Source of the DNA: Lingula anatina
Lineage: Eukaryota; Animalia; Brachiopoda
NCBI GenBank assembly: GCA_051362555.1
Contig: CM120640.1
Coordinates: forward strand, 41,208,788-41,272,787
DNA: 64,000 nt
Reading direction: 5' to 3'
The notes beneath the pieces were generated by a model. That model made no database searches. It was not told the DNA's origin and saw only the letters and a program-made list of their open reading frames with translations. Below, in pieces: positions 36,229 through 51,200 of the stretch (positions are counted from its first letter, which is position 1; each line of letters begins with the position of its first letter). Position numbers and translations under genes: made by a program.

Positions 36229-39200
36229 TGATAACAGCACTCAGTAGAGTTTAACAAAACAAAGTAGGTGTTCAAATAACAATTTGCAGCGGGTTTGTCC
36301 TCTCAGGTTGGCACAAGAAATGTTGATGATAGAGCAGCAACATCCTGCAATAATTGTGAATTAAGTTATATTGCTTGCAATATATTATACAGCAGAACAA
36401 AATTAGGTCCATGGGGTGGCTGCTAAATGTTGGTTATGATATGACATTTTAGGTGAAGAAAAAGAGATTAACACAGAATGAGTCTAAAATTTATGCTTTT
36501 AGATCTTCATGGTTTATACAAGTTAGCAAGTTCGTGGAGGACATAAAAAAACTCTTATTTTGGTATTCTTTGCTATTCTTGTTGAGATTTTAAAAGTGCA
36601 AATGCCAATTCTAGGCATCAGTAAATTTGGTTTTCCTTTTAAAAAAATTCTGTGAATTATGTAAGTGTTGGACATAATAAAGTCACTTTTTTTTTTTTTG
36701 CATAATTGTCAATGCATCAAAGAATGACTTTTGAATCTGGTACTGCTTGTTGAGATGTTTATGGTAGACATGCCAGCGCTGGACATTACAAGTAGACAAG
36801 ATGAAGCCTCCTGCAGGGCATTAGAGTACAGCTGTAAATTGTTGCAGCGTCTGCCATTTAATCTACCTGGTAGAGTATATAAACTGTTGTTAACAGGAGA
36901 AGTTCTGTGGGTCATTGAGTTGGAGCAAGGCAGTTCCTGAAGTTTCATCCTTATGAAGGAGTGTGTTTTACCCATCTTGGACCTGGCATAATAAAGCAAG
37001 TGTTTACATTCAGTAAGGGTTGCTTCAGAAGTGTTTTGAGGTTTACTGTGGTGGGTATTACCCAGGCTGTTGTAACATGATGCTCAAGAGGACCACTAGA
37101 GCTGCTAACACCAACATACCTCCTTATCAAATGTAAGGTTCTGCAGAGAGCTGGAATAATTTAATCTAGATTTTTGTGGAAAAAAAACTGCCAGGTTTGA
37201 TAATACACTTTGGCTGTGCTCCATGAGTTGTGGAGAGCAAGCGAGCTCCATCACTCTGTACTTGGAAATGCTTGGTAAATAAACGAAGTTTCCTAGGAGC
37301 TTTGCTTGACTGTGTGGTTGGCTGGGGGGCATAAGCACTGTGAGGGTCTACCATTTTACATGACGGCCTGAGTATCTGAGCAACCACTACAGAGATTGGA
37401 ATACAAGAAAGTAGATAGGTAAATAATTCACAGGGGAGGGGGTTTTGAATGACCATCAGTCATTCTAGCTTTTGATTGAATGTGTTGGCAGGAATTATAT
37501 GGAAATGCATCAACATGCATATTTCAGATATGGGGAAAGATAAAACTGTAGTGTTTGATAATCCTCAGAGGTATTTGTTTTCAACCTAAAGTTTGGGAAT
37601 ACAATCTGTCCAAGGAGGATAATGCTATAATCTATGGGTATAGTAGACATGTGTTTTCAGTGGAGAATTACATTGAGAATTAAACATCTCTGAGTAATCT
37701 TAATGCCAAGATTCATGCCGAGGGACTTTCTGGTGAGTTCTGATTCTCCCATCACTGGACACGTGTTACAGGAGTAGTAGATTCCAGGTAAATGCGACCG
37801 TGTAATTTAGACATGGAATTGATAGCAGAGGAATTGATTGGAATGTGGTCCATGCTGCCCCTTCCATACCGAGCAAGAGATACATCACCACAGGCGATGG
37901 AGTGAGCAAAGGTGGAATGCCAGATATGATATGCTTTATTAATGGCACAACTAATGCTACTAGAATACTTGAAACAATCTGCTTTATTTTCACATAGAAA
38001 ATCCTATTTAATCCTTTTTTAACCAAACATCCCTTATAATTTATTATTTCTTGCATAGTGTGTGATTTACAATGTCTGCCTTAGATGAACCTTGAATGCC
38101 GATGTTGATAATAACCCATGGCAATCTTCATACACAGAGTGGGATTTTTTTATGACTACTTATTGCTGTCATTTGGCATATTCTTTGCCTGTTAATTGTT
38201 GGCAGCTTTAGTTGACACTGATCATGTTCAAGTCGTTAATGAACGTTAAAGGTCTGCACATTAAATGGACTGCTGTGCAAATGAATAAAACATTCCAACA
38301 AAAGAAGATGGATTGTTGTGCAAATGCTTTATTGCAGTGGAAATGAAGATGTGCTTTGAAAATGAACCCCAGATGACAGTTAAACTGTTTAAGTTCTCGC
38401 AAAGGGTAGTTTGCTGGATTCTGTAAATCAAGCAAATTGGCAGAGAATCAAGTCAGAAATCTTGTGATTTTTAGGTACTCTTTAATATAACACATACACA
38501 CACATGCCAAAGACTGGAATTGTAAGTAGTATATTAAGTATGTATATCTTATGCCACAGTATATTTAATGTTCTAAGCTGCCATTTAGTCAGAAAGTTTA
38601 TGCAGTAATGTTGTGTTTGGATGATAAGAGTGCCTATGAAATAACCAGCATCATTTTGTCATTCTTCTTTTTAACTGATTTTCCCTAATATTAGCAAGGA
38701 GGCGTGGCCTTGTATAACAGACAAAAAACTTTTGCACCTAGACATTTTCACTGTAATGTGTATATTTCCGTGGTAATGATCAGAGCTGACATGCTCTCTG
38801 CAGGGACTGTTTATGCAGAGGGCAATTTTACTTGGGGTAAAATGAAATGGTATTTATTTTAGCCAATCTGAAATAGATATCTCGTTGTTTCTCGCTTCAA
38901 GAAGACAATTAATTTTAATTGGACTTTCCTTTCTGCACAGTTGGATATTAAAATTCTAGTTTTGAACAGGATAAGAAGTACTACAAGGTAGGGTAGAGTA
39001 TTAAGCTGCATATTGATTGGGTTGTATTTAACTTGCAAGGGCTGGTTACCTGTACTTAATGCTGGCCAATGGGTTATAGCCCTGTTATAATAACTGCAGT
39101 CTGAGTTTCCCAGCAGTCTGCACAATGGTTGGAGAGATGTTTTGTGTTATCCTAGGCATTCTATGGGGTTATTTACACACATGCCTAACATATTGACATG

Positions 39201-42200
39201 GTTTATAAACCAAGCTCCTGTGTTTTTACTTTACCAGGTCAAAGATGTTTTGAAAGGGATCATGGCAGATCTGCAGCAGACAAACTTGGAGAAAACCTTG
39301 CTGGCTTGGTGTCGCCAGTCAACCCAAGGGTAGGTAGATCACTGTCACAGCAAGCACACTGCCATAGCTTAACACATTGTCACAGCCAGCACACTGTCAC
39401 TGCAATCACACAGCTAAAACACTGTCACACTCTGCAGAAAATATCCCTAACAAGATTAGGTCAAAATAAGGACATGCATTTTGATGTCACACCCGATGTG
39501 GTGTTACATCTTCTAATACATTAATTCAAATTGGTCTACTTAAACACATTCTGCCGTAGACCAACTTAACTGGCACAGTTCCACCCTTAAACACAGGGGT
39601 CTGTTTTTAGTTCCATTGTTATTGTGTGGAATACAACAAACTAACTTGATGCTGTTAAGTATATTGTCTCAACCAGTCTTGTGATGAAGTTCACATTTTT
39701 GTGACCATTGTGTTGTGTTTTTTTAGCTATCGTGGAGTAGATGTCAGGAACTTTACCACTAGCTGGAGGGATGGACTGGCATTTAATGCTTTACTTCATA
39801 GATTTAAGTAAGTGGATGTGTGGAGAACAAACCGAGTTGCACTTTTGGGGAAAAGTTTCATTTTATGATGATATGAAGCTGCCTTTGAAATTTTATTAAT
39901 ACCATATGTTTGAATGGAATATTATGTAGCATCTGTTCATTTATAGATCCCCAGCTAGAAAGAAAATTATAATATTTTGTATCTCTTTTTAAGGATAGGT
40001 GTGATCTAAATTTTTACGGTTGTGTGCTTATTATTTCTGAAAATTTATATTTTACTGCCTCTATGATAGCACCTTGAAACAAAGGAAACTGACGGCCAAA
40101 AGTGTGTTAAATATATGCTATTTCAAAGGCAACCATGACTTTGTAGCAAAAACGGTTACCTCAAATTTGATAACACATCTTTGTTTAATCTCTATTTAGC
40201 CCTCAGTTGTTTAACTTTGATGAGTTGCTAAGCAACAACAATGAAAGCAATCTGGAGCATGCCTTTCAAGTTGCCTATGAACACTTGGGAATCGAGAAAC
40301 TGCTCGACCCAGAAGGTAAGAACAAAAAATTAGGGCTATTGTTTATATTAAGTCACCTTTGTAGGGTAAACTCATATTGTTTAAATTGAGAGAAGTGTAA
40401 CTGTTTATTTCTGGAAACACTGCTTTTTATGAACCATCTATTTTTGGAAGTCCATATTTGATTTTTACCTCATAAGAATTTGACCCAGTGTTGACCTGGG
40501 TCATTTATTATATTTTTAACAGATGATGATGTGTTTAAACAGTAGGTAGTCTTTCCATTTTTATGATTTGAGAGAACATAAAAACCAAGCCCTTCTGGTT
40601 GATGAAGTGTTCAATGTCTATAACATCATTCAGTGCTGGGGCTCTTTCATGGTGAAATGGGACCTGGAGGCGGTATTCTATGAAATGGACAACCACCAGG
40701 CCAAATGGGGACTGTGTTTCTCTGGTTGAATGGATTCTTAATACTCCACAGCACTGTGTACTTGAATTTCAGTAATTTCCTTCAGTGAATTTGAGCTGTT
40801 TATACATGGACTTCCCAGGCAGTTAAATCCCCCATTGTAAAACAAACTGATATTTCTTACAGATGTGAATGTAGATTGCCCAGATAAGAAGTCTGTTATG
40901 ATGTACTTGATGTGTTTGTTCCAAGTCCTGCCTCACTCTAGTATTGTGATAGAGGACTCGGACAACATGTCTACTACCTCAGATCTAGTCTCAGTCAGCA
41001 CACACACCAGTAAGCAGCTTCACCATGCTTCTGCACATGAGGTAAGAGTGTCATTGTCACATTGGCCTCGTTCAGAACAGTGGACTAACTAGTCCGATGG
41101 CCAAATATGGCCGACCCACTTGAATATTCCCCATGGGATAGCTATTCAGTGTCTATTAGCAGGGCCATATTTGGCCCTTGGACTAGTTAGTCCCCTATTC
41201 TGAATGGGGCCATTATCATGTCTGAGAAACTGTCACAGCCAATGCATTGTCACACATAACACACTGCCTAACCAAAAAATGCCCATGCAGCAAGTAGCTT
41301 CACCCTTCCTTAAAACAATTAAGAAAAGGTCCAGCAAATCTACATCCTGATATGGTGCTTTATCTAAATCAGCACTTGTACATGGTATAAAATGCAAGGT
41401 ACATATAACTTAGCTGGATCTTTGTTCACCATTGCATTATTAATTGCCTATGCCTTGTTTTCATATTCCAGACTATGTCTCTGAGTTCTGAGTCCAGTGC
41501 AATGAGTGGCACAGTCAGTGTGAGCTCTATAGATCTTAATTCGTACCAAGAATCACTGGAGAATGTAATAGAATGGCTGCTGAAGGCCGAGACAACATAT
41601 GAAGGCATGGGAGACATTGGCAATGATGTTCTTCAGGTCAAGGACCAGTTCCATGTACATGAGGTATGGCTTGTTTGGCTTAGAGGCATTTACCAAAAGA
41701 ACTGGAGGGATAATTGTACAAAGAGCTTTTTATGATTTATGTGAAGGGGGTTTGTCACCTCAGCTGATTCTCATTGTGCATTTTTCTGTTGACTGTTTGT
41801 AAAGCGCAGTGTTGGTCAGGGATTGTGTTTTGTTAGTGTGTTTTATGGTCACTCGTGTTATAATCATTTATAACATTCAGGTGTAGGTCTCTTAGTACGT
41901 AATGAAATCCACAGAGGGCAGTCGGATGTTTTGACCAGAAACAAAAGGGTTTTTAACTGCCTTGAAATGTCAGTATCTGGATGACATTTAAAGAGCACAG
42001 AAAAGAAAGATGTCTGGTAAACAGACTAACATTTTTCAAAGAATTGTTAAGGGATTAATTTTTTCTTGGCTATCCACTATTGTTATCATGGAATTCCCAT
42101 TGACCCCATTAGCTAAGGCAGTATGTTAAATGTTAAACCACAAACTGCAAGCTGCACAGACTAAATGACTTCTGCTCCTGTTTTTAAAGCTGTTTCTTGG

Positions 42201-45200
42201 TTTACTAAGTGTGCCTGTGCAAGACTTGCCACTGTTTTTTTAGAGGCTAAAACATTACTTTCCTTTACCAGGGAATACATAAGACTAAACAAGAATTGGC
42301 AATAATCCAAGCCTTTGCATCTATTGGTATTAAACTAATGATTTTTTAAAACTGTAGAGTAAATTTGTGTCAAAACTGGTTTTATCTGTTTATTTTGAAA
42401 TATTTGTTTTTTTATCCTTTCTCTAGAATAAACCATAGCAATTATCATAAGAGATCATGGGATTCATTAGAAAATATGACATTCATTTACTTAAGAATAT
42501 TTGAAATCATTGAAATAAGGCATTTTGTCTCTCCAGCATTAGGGGTTGATCTCACCCAAGAATGTAAGTGATATTTGGACACTAGCTTAGGGTAAATGAC
42601 CTATTATCTCTCTGTAATCAGTACAGATGGCGTTGCTTAAGTTTTTAAGTAATATAATCATGTAAAGAAAGAAAGAAACCTGCTTTATTTCTCCCAGGAC
42701 TTCATGATGGAGCTGACCAAGCACCAGGGTAATGTGGGTAATGTCCTGCAGGAGGGGAACCACCTCATTAGTGACGGCAAGATAACAGAGGAGGAAGAGA
42801 ACCAGATACGCATGCAGATGAGCCTCCTTAATGAACGCTGGGAGAAACTTCGTGTTAGTGCCATGGACAGACAAACAAAGTAAGAAACAGGATATAAAGG
42901 CCTGATGTAATCAGTGATGAGAAAATTTAATGCTGAAATAATAGGACCATGATTTTACTTTTACTGATTGTTGGTAGATTGCTTGGTTGGTTAGTTTGAT
43001 TTGATTATGTGTAAAATGTTTAGTGCCTACTAAACTGTGTTCATTTCCATTTCTGACCTATGTTTAGCTTGGTTTTATGGTCTTTGCAGTAGATTGCTAA
43101 TGACACCTGCTTTTTAAAGCAAAATTCTGGACATTATCTGCTTTGACTTCCAAGTTCAGGAAGTAAAAAAAAAAGGCATGAAGAGTGCTTTGAACTCTCT
43201 CTCACCTTTCAATCTTTGCAAGATCAGACACACCACTTTTTGATGAAGCTAGAAGCTGTTTTGTGGCAATTTTGAGTGGAAGAAAGAAATTTGCAGCTTT
43301 TCTCCCTTTTCTGTTCTGTTTGTACCCTGTCTGCTCCCAACTGATGTGTTTCTTGCACATTTGACATCCTCATTAACATAAAATAATAAGGGAATGACAG
43401 GTGCTTCCAAAGGTTTTGTGCTTCATCACTTCCCCTTTTTCTAATTTACATCCATTTCATGAGATTTACTCGTTGGCTGTTAGTGCCTAGATCTCTGTCT
43501 TGTCTGTCAGTTCTATATATATTTTTGTGTGTGTGTGTGTGTTCCAAATTTCAACAAACACTGATGGAGCTAATTTACATCCATTTCAGCAGATTTATTT
43601 TTTGGCTGTTACCGTGCCTAGATCTCTGTCTTGTCTTTCAATTCTATATATTTTGTGTGTGTGTGTGTTCCAGACTTCAACAAACACTGATGGAGCTTCA
43701 GCAGAAGCAGCTGGACCAACTTGCCACTTGGCTGGAGAAGATGGAGAAGAAGATGGAGAGGCATGAACCAGTGGCCAGTGACCTGGAGGTGCTGCACAGA
43801 CAGGTGGATGAACATAAGGTAAATACTAGCTCTCTTTCAAATGGAATATAAAGGAATTGGTCTTCACTGAAACGTATAATTTTTATTTTAAAATATCAGT
43901 TAAACTGAATGTATTTATTAAGCTTTTGTAACAGGTTACGCATTCTTTTGTTGATGTTTGGCTGGATTTCTTGTATCATGCCATTGCTATCATTAAACAG
44001 TTATTTGTGATAACTTCTTTGATATATATATATTTTTTACTTTTTACTAGCAATTACAAGAAGAGGTTGAATCAGAGCAAGAGCAAGTCAACAGCCTTCA
44101 GAATATGGTGGTGGTTGTGGATGAAGGATCAGACTCATGTAAGTTATCACATTGTCACCAGGCACACCTGATGCATTGATGTCACCCACCACAATCATAC
44201 ATACATCATATAACACAGAAAACATAAACAATTACCATCACCACCACCAGCAGCAGCTTCAGGGCCCTAGCGTTGGTGCATTATTGAATGCTGCCCCAGT
44301 TGTCTCTACCTCTTAGTCTGGTGCAAAGACTTGGGTTCAGGCAAGCTGCTCAGCAATGTTTTCTGCCCATTTCCTTCTTTGCCTACCTCTTCATCTGCCA
44401 CCCTGGACAGGACCTTAGAAGGATGGCTTTAAAAAATCCATTACTTCTCGTTACAAACAGTCATTGCACCCCAAAAAGTCATCACTCACAATCAAACAAA
44501 TAGTGATGGCAGTTTATAATTCTATATATATTTGTGTTTATGTGTTCCAGCCTACCAGGCCCTGGAGGAGCAGCTGGACTCCCTGGGCCAGCGCTGGACT
44601 AATGTTTGTAAGTGGGTAGAGGACCAGTGGTCAAATCTGCAGGATGTACTCAAGAAATGGGAGGTCTACTCAAATGAGAAAAATAAGTTTGGAACTTGGC
44701 TACTGGAAAAGGAGGAAGTTTTAGGCAGAATGCGGCTGGTCAACATGTCTGATCTGACCCCAGATGAAGTACTGGGAGAAGTGAAAAAACTCAAGGTAAA
44801 CTTGATTCTCTGTAATGATGATATAAGCAAGTTGAATAACTAAGGCTATTACACACAAATTTCAAACATGGCACTTATTCTTAAATCTTATACTTATATA
44901 GAATTTATCATAGCATTTTCACTTATTTGCTGAAATGTACATTCTCAGCACAGCTATTTTGAGCATTTGAGCTTCCTTTTTAGGATGCAATAGAAAAAAC
45001 ATTTAGTTGGGAAGCAAAATAAATCAGTTTTATTTGAATTTAGTGAGACAGTATCCTAGTTCATTATCGTCTTTGTTAATGATGTCCAGAAGATGGCAAA
45101 ATGCCTTTTTATCTCAGTCAAAATTATAAGAGTCAATATATAGTTTTTCAAAATACTTCATGAACACAATCTTTGATTGACTACCTCAGTAAAATATGAG

Positions 45201-48200
45201 GCACATTGATTCTTATCTTAAATGAAGTTTCTTTGAAAGATTAACTATAGATAGCTTGACAAATTTGAATAAATCCCCCTTTCTTTCATTTCATTCATTT
45301 ATATAGAATATACATTTGTGTGGTATGATGAATCCATGCTGCAGCTAAAACTGGATTTGAATTTCCCCTGTGTAAGATATGTTCTATGTGTAATTATTTC
45401 TGACACAGATGTAGGTAATTTAAAGTGATAGAGTGCATTTATATTGGCAATATTTCAAACTGCGGGATTCCAGTAATTACTTTTTTCTGGGGTTTTCCAA
45501 GGAATCTTGTACTTATATGAATATCAGTACTAAAACAGTTGTTGTGGTGAATTTCCAAAAAAAAGTTCCTTGATGAAAAGTGAAAGTGCAAATTTTAATA
45601 GATTTAATTGCTCACAAATGCCATGACATTTTATGCCCAGTTAAAAAAATTGTAAGGGTCACTTTCTTAAAGGTCCAGCAGAAGGGTTTCAAATTTAATC
45701 AGTACTGTCATATATACCTGGTTTGTTTGATGAGTCATGCACATCTGGTCCATGTCATGTATATTTAGAGTAAGACTGGAGATTCAACTGCTATGCTACT
45801 AAACAACAAAACCAGCATTTTTTTTATTAAGGAGGAAGAGTTAGCATGATTATCAAATTAAAAGCTTACCTATAATTAATTACATTAATCGAAAATGTGA
45901 ATCGATAGAAATAAGTACTGGCAGACAGGCCATCATTCTTCATTTATGTTTGTGTAATTTGGTGACATGATGTGTTAAGTGGTGATTAATATCCATTTTG
46001 TAATTAAATGAACAGCAAATGAAAAGTTGACTTTCTTACTCAGTTTTATTTTTTCTTATTATCAAAAAGAAAAAAATACAGCTTTGCAAATCATTGTTCA
46101 AAACTTTTTTTTTATCAGAAAATGACTTTTCAAAATTGTTTCATCCATCAAGGACATAAACAACACCACAGGACAACTCATTACACTTCTCCACTCACCA
46201 CTAGCCGGTGCTTAATCTCCATCTTTTAGAAATAAAATGCCATTTGATTGATATATTTCCCCTTTTGAAGTAACCATCTGAAGACTTATGAGATAGCTGT
46301 CAGTGATTCCTTCTTCTCGTTTTGTTCCAGGCCATTGAACAAGACATGGATGTTCAGGTTCAGAGATTTGATAAGCTGAACGAAGCAGGCCAGGTATTAG
46401 TGCAACATGTGGGAAATGATCCTGCTGCTGTACAGAGACTGACCAATCAGTTGGAGGAGTTTCAGGAGCGCTGGGAGAACTTGGTGCAACAGATGGAGTG
46501 GCAAAGCAAAGAGGTACGAGACAATGCAATGTCGCAGTGTGTATAGCAATAACTCATCAGGACCAGATGTATACTTGAACTTTATTTTTTCAGAATTGTG
46601 GTATTTATGTCACTGTGGGAAGTGTGATGCATTCCGGTGAAAGGGCTGGTTAGGTGAAGAGATTTTATAAATGTAGAAATGTGTTAGATATGGTAATGTG
46701 TTAGGTTTGATATTTTAAGTGTTTGTATATATTAAATATTGATGTGATAAATGTGTTGGTTGTTGGGATATGTTAGGTATGGGGATGTGATAGTTATTAA
46801 AATTTTTGAATATTTTAAGTACAAATGCATATAAAGTACCTAAAGACACAAATGAGCAACTTTGTAACAAGGACATTGTTTCAAAAAAATAGCAGTCACA
46901 CCAAAAGCATTTGTAACATTCACTCAGTCATGCACCACAAAGCAGGGAGTAGAAGACCCCAAAAGTTTAAGATACCACATTGATGTAGAGCCTGTTTCAA
47001 CTTGTATCAGTTGGTACATCAGATAGAACAAACAGACAGGAATAGATTGACTATCAGATATTGCTTGAGGTTTGCCAGCCAAGATTCCTGTGTGTGCTTG
47101 GAGTCAAAGGTAGATTTTTACACAGAATTGACCTTTTGGTGATTAAAAGCAAATGTTCTTCCTCAGAGATGCTCCAGTTTATAGCGGTGCTAGTTTTGTC
47201 CCTTTACTTGTTATTTAATTACTTCTGATCCACTTCAGAAGTTAAAGATTGCACTGGTGTGGGTTGATTTTCCACAGATAGCCGAGTCTGGCAACATAAC
47301 CAGCAACCTAGCCATGTCCCTGGGAGCCTCCCAGCCAAAGAAACCACGGATAGACAGCTCCCGCCGCCATGAGTTTGATATGGCAGTTAAAGAACTGAAT
47401 TCTTGGTTTGAGAAGACGGAGAGTAACCTGGAGCTCCTCACCACTGAGGCACCACATCCAGACCAGCAGCTGACTCTGGAGGAACAACTTGTACTCATAC
47501 AGGTAGGTGTGGTTAGAAACCAGGGTCTTGTTTTATAGATGAGGGCACTATTTACCAAAGGATTTTAAAGTTAAAACTGGGACCTAGCTTTAAAGGTTAG
47601 ATGAAGTTTCAGTCTACTTTTCCCTGGCCCCGGTTTCACAAAAAAAAGTACTTAAGTCAGTTCCCTAGCTAAGGATTTGTGCATGTGTCCACGAGAGTGA
47701 TGTAACACTGTTCCTGATAGGGTTAGATGTGTGCATGTGACTATGTAACCTTGATAGCATAGTTGTTAGCCACTGGAACTGACTGAATTTTTTTGTGTGT
47801 GAAACTGGGATCTGTTTTTCAAAATAGCTTAAAGCTGAAACTGGATCCTAACTTTAAAGGCTAGTTGAAGTTAAAGTATTTGACCTGGAATAAGTCAAGG
47901 GTAGTTCACTTAAATTAAGCAACTGACAATATTAATCATTTGTCATATCTTACGTTTACCAAACAGTATCCTCATGAAGGTGGGTTATCATGGTTCAGAG
48001 GAGACTAAACTTTTTGGACTTAAGAGTAAATTTTTAGTTCATTGATTTATTGGGGCCTGGTTGTTTCTGTCCAGAAATTGGTGTATTTATGTCACGATGC
48101 AAAAATAAATATCCAAACCCCTTGGGGACTTTCACCACATGATTTCTCAATATCAGATATAATAATTCTAACAATTAAAATGATTTTTTCATTTCTAAAG

Positions 48201-51200
48201 CCATCTTTTTTAGCTTGGAAGTATTGGCTTTCAAAGAATGTGTGATTTTTGTAGGTAATGTTTGCAAAGAAATGATTTACAGTAAAAAACTTAGGCACTC
48301 CCACTTTCTACAGGTATCTCTGTGCAAATTAATTGGGCCCAGGGGAAGTTTCCAGTTTCCATGTAGTCCCTATGCAAACATTTTTATAGGCTTTAGCTAA
48401 AGAGCACTTATTGTATGCCAGTGTTGTAAAACTAAGGTCTAAACATTCCATCATATATTTCAGGATACAGAGAATGATGTTAAAGACCGGGAAAATGAAA
48501 TAAATCATGTCCATGCTTTAGGGAAGAGTCTAATTCAGGAGATTAAGCAAGGTAAGTTGGTTTTGTTTATTAACCAAGAAAAAATTTGTACATGCTACTT
48601 ATTTATCTAATCATGTTCTAATGTGTACTCTTAGCAGTAATGTTGAAAATATAATGAAAAAGTTACAAAAAAGTGCTAAAGCTATATAATAAAATGGAAA
48701 TAATGATCATGTTTACTAAAACTTTAAAAAATATATATAGTTTTGCATTTGAATACATAAAATGATGTAGTGAGATTCAAAAACTTGCCAAATATTAGAA
48801 CATGTAATTAAAATGTATTATCAATTCCAGCTGATGAATCTTACGAAAGCATCGAGACGATCCTAAAGCAGCTGGAGAAGAGACGTAGTGACATGACTCT
48901 GCTTCTAGAAGACACTCAGCGTAAGATTATCCTGTCTCTGGAGACGAAAAACTTTTACGATGAACTCAACGCTCTCCAGGAGATCATGCTGAGCTATGAG
49001 AAGTGGGTAGGGGCAGCTGAGAGGATAGCTGAGGAAGCAACAGAGATAGGCAGGCAGCTGGAGCAGTGCAGGGTAGGTGTTTGATGGCGGGGAGGGGTGG
49101 GTGGGTGAAGTCTGCTTAAGTAAGTAGGGAAGACAGCTAACACAGATACTTAGGAAGCATTAGCAATGATACGAATTGACTTGGCAAATTTGATGTGCAT
49201 CATTTGTCTGCTGTGTAAAGTTTCAGCTGAGTGGAATTCAGCTGAGTGGAATAATAAAAACACTTTTGAAGGCTTTCTAAAATCTTTGTAGGTCAAACTG
49301 AAAGCCATGAAGTCCCACGATGATAGACTGGAGCGGATCAATGAGCATGCCAAAGTATTGTTGAAGCAACCTGATGTTACAAGTCAGATACAGCAAGATC
49401 TGGATGCCTTCCTTAAGAGATGGGAAAATGCCTATGACAAGATAAGTAAGTTGCAAAAGACTTCCTATAAAAACAATTTGACAGCTGGGGCAGAAATTCA
49501 ATATGGGGGATTTAGCATGTCAGTTCTCACAAATCGATTTCAATATTGTGACATTGACTGAAAAAAAAAATAAAACACCAATGTGCATTAACATTTTTCA
49601 TTCTGAAAACTCACTTGTGTAAGTAGTAAAAGTGTGACTACTGCCATTGTAAAATCCATCGCTGGAATCCGTCTCACAAAGCAAGCTGTGTGTCAAGTGA
49701 TGGCAAAGCCCTGATTTTCACAAAGACTTGTGAAAGCTGAGCCAGTGTCAAGGGCTTGACTTATTAATTGTCACGGTGTAGTTTGATGTAAAGCATTCAT
49801 TAGAGAGTGTAAGAGAGACTCCATGCATGTACTTGAGATGTACCTTCAGCTAAGCTGCACGCCTCAATAGGCTTCATCCTGCTTTCAAAAGCATGCCATA
49901 TTTTTTTTCTTGAACATTTGATAACAGTCTTGTAGTCTTTAGAAACAGCTTAAACCTGATGTCAGATGAAATTAATGGGCTACAGAAATAATTGTCATAA
50001 TATTTAGCTGCATTTTAGATCTTCGTTATTCATGTTAGATAAATTGCACATCATGTACCGTAAACTGGGTTTTTACTAGTATATGGATCTGTTAGCTAGG
50101 TTCAGTAGTAAAGTTGTTTGTTTTATTGCTGTACCCATATTGTGAAGTGTGTGTCCCTTTGTTAACAGCTTTACCTGGTCATGCTCTCAGTGAGGGTGGG
50201 GAGAACGGTGAGTAAAATTGATGTGATTGATTTGCCAAGGCACTTGGTAAATCAAGGATGTATTAGGTCAATTATTTATGCTTCATTTATACGTTTTTTT
50301 GTTAAGTATAGCCATATTTATATGCCTTTTTGAAGTATTATGTTGCTGATGTATTTTACTGTACATAATATAGCCATTTTTTGTTAGGTAGTGTTGACAA
50401 TTATCCTGCCTTATGTTTGCTTTATGATTGTCTTATCATGCTGGTAGATGTGTCATTTTACTTTCATATCATATTTACTGTGCTCTAGTTCATTTAGTTC
50501 AGAAAGCTGCAAGGTGATGTATGTATTTGAGTGCATTATGTGGAAAAGTCATCCCCGTGATGTTTAAATATTTGATTGGTCATAGTTTTTGTTTTATTTT
50601 TGATTGAGTACATTCTTCTTGCTAACATAATTCCGAGTGAAATTTAAATGTATTTTAAAGTATGTGTTACTATGATATGCTTAGGTATGGTTTGGTATAA
50701 TGGGTGGCCTCTCTACTGGCTAAATAATGTTTTTATTTATTTATAATATAGTATTATTACTATATATAAACATGTGAGTCACCACTGTTAGACTTGATAT
50801 AATTTTAAAAGGAACATATCTATTCTTTGATGTTTTATTTATATGTTGTATTTTTGAATATTTTCCAAATTGTTTTGGTGAAAGTTTTTTTTGCATGATA
50901 CACACTATTTATTGGTGTGTGGATATTCTGAATTTATAATCAAAATACAATGATATATTTTAAATGTTCTACAAAATACATAAACACTTGAAGTATGCTT
51001 AAAAAAATAAAACATGGCAATTTGCCCAGTCAGCACTCTTTACAGATCTGATTTTTTGCCAATAACAAAGTCAACCAAACAAAGTTTACTTTACATACTT
51101 GTTATCAGCAAGCATCAATGTCAGCTGTCCAGTGTAACCAATGCTGTTGCAACCCAGAGGTTGGAAATGGTTGTCAACTGTTGAAAGATTTTATTGTCAA

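Noticed and set aside
36709-38056. ~96-aa ORFs in dystrophin intron 5
   Set aside because: No motifs; lengths are compatible with chance.
50180-50208. ATG...GTGAGT mini-exon (MLSVRVGRT) as an internal first exon
   Set aside because: Phase 0, whereas the next exon (51279) needs phase 1; no other support.
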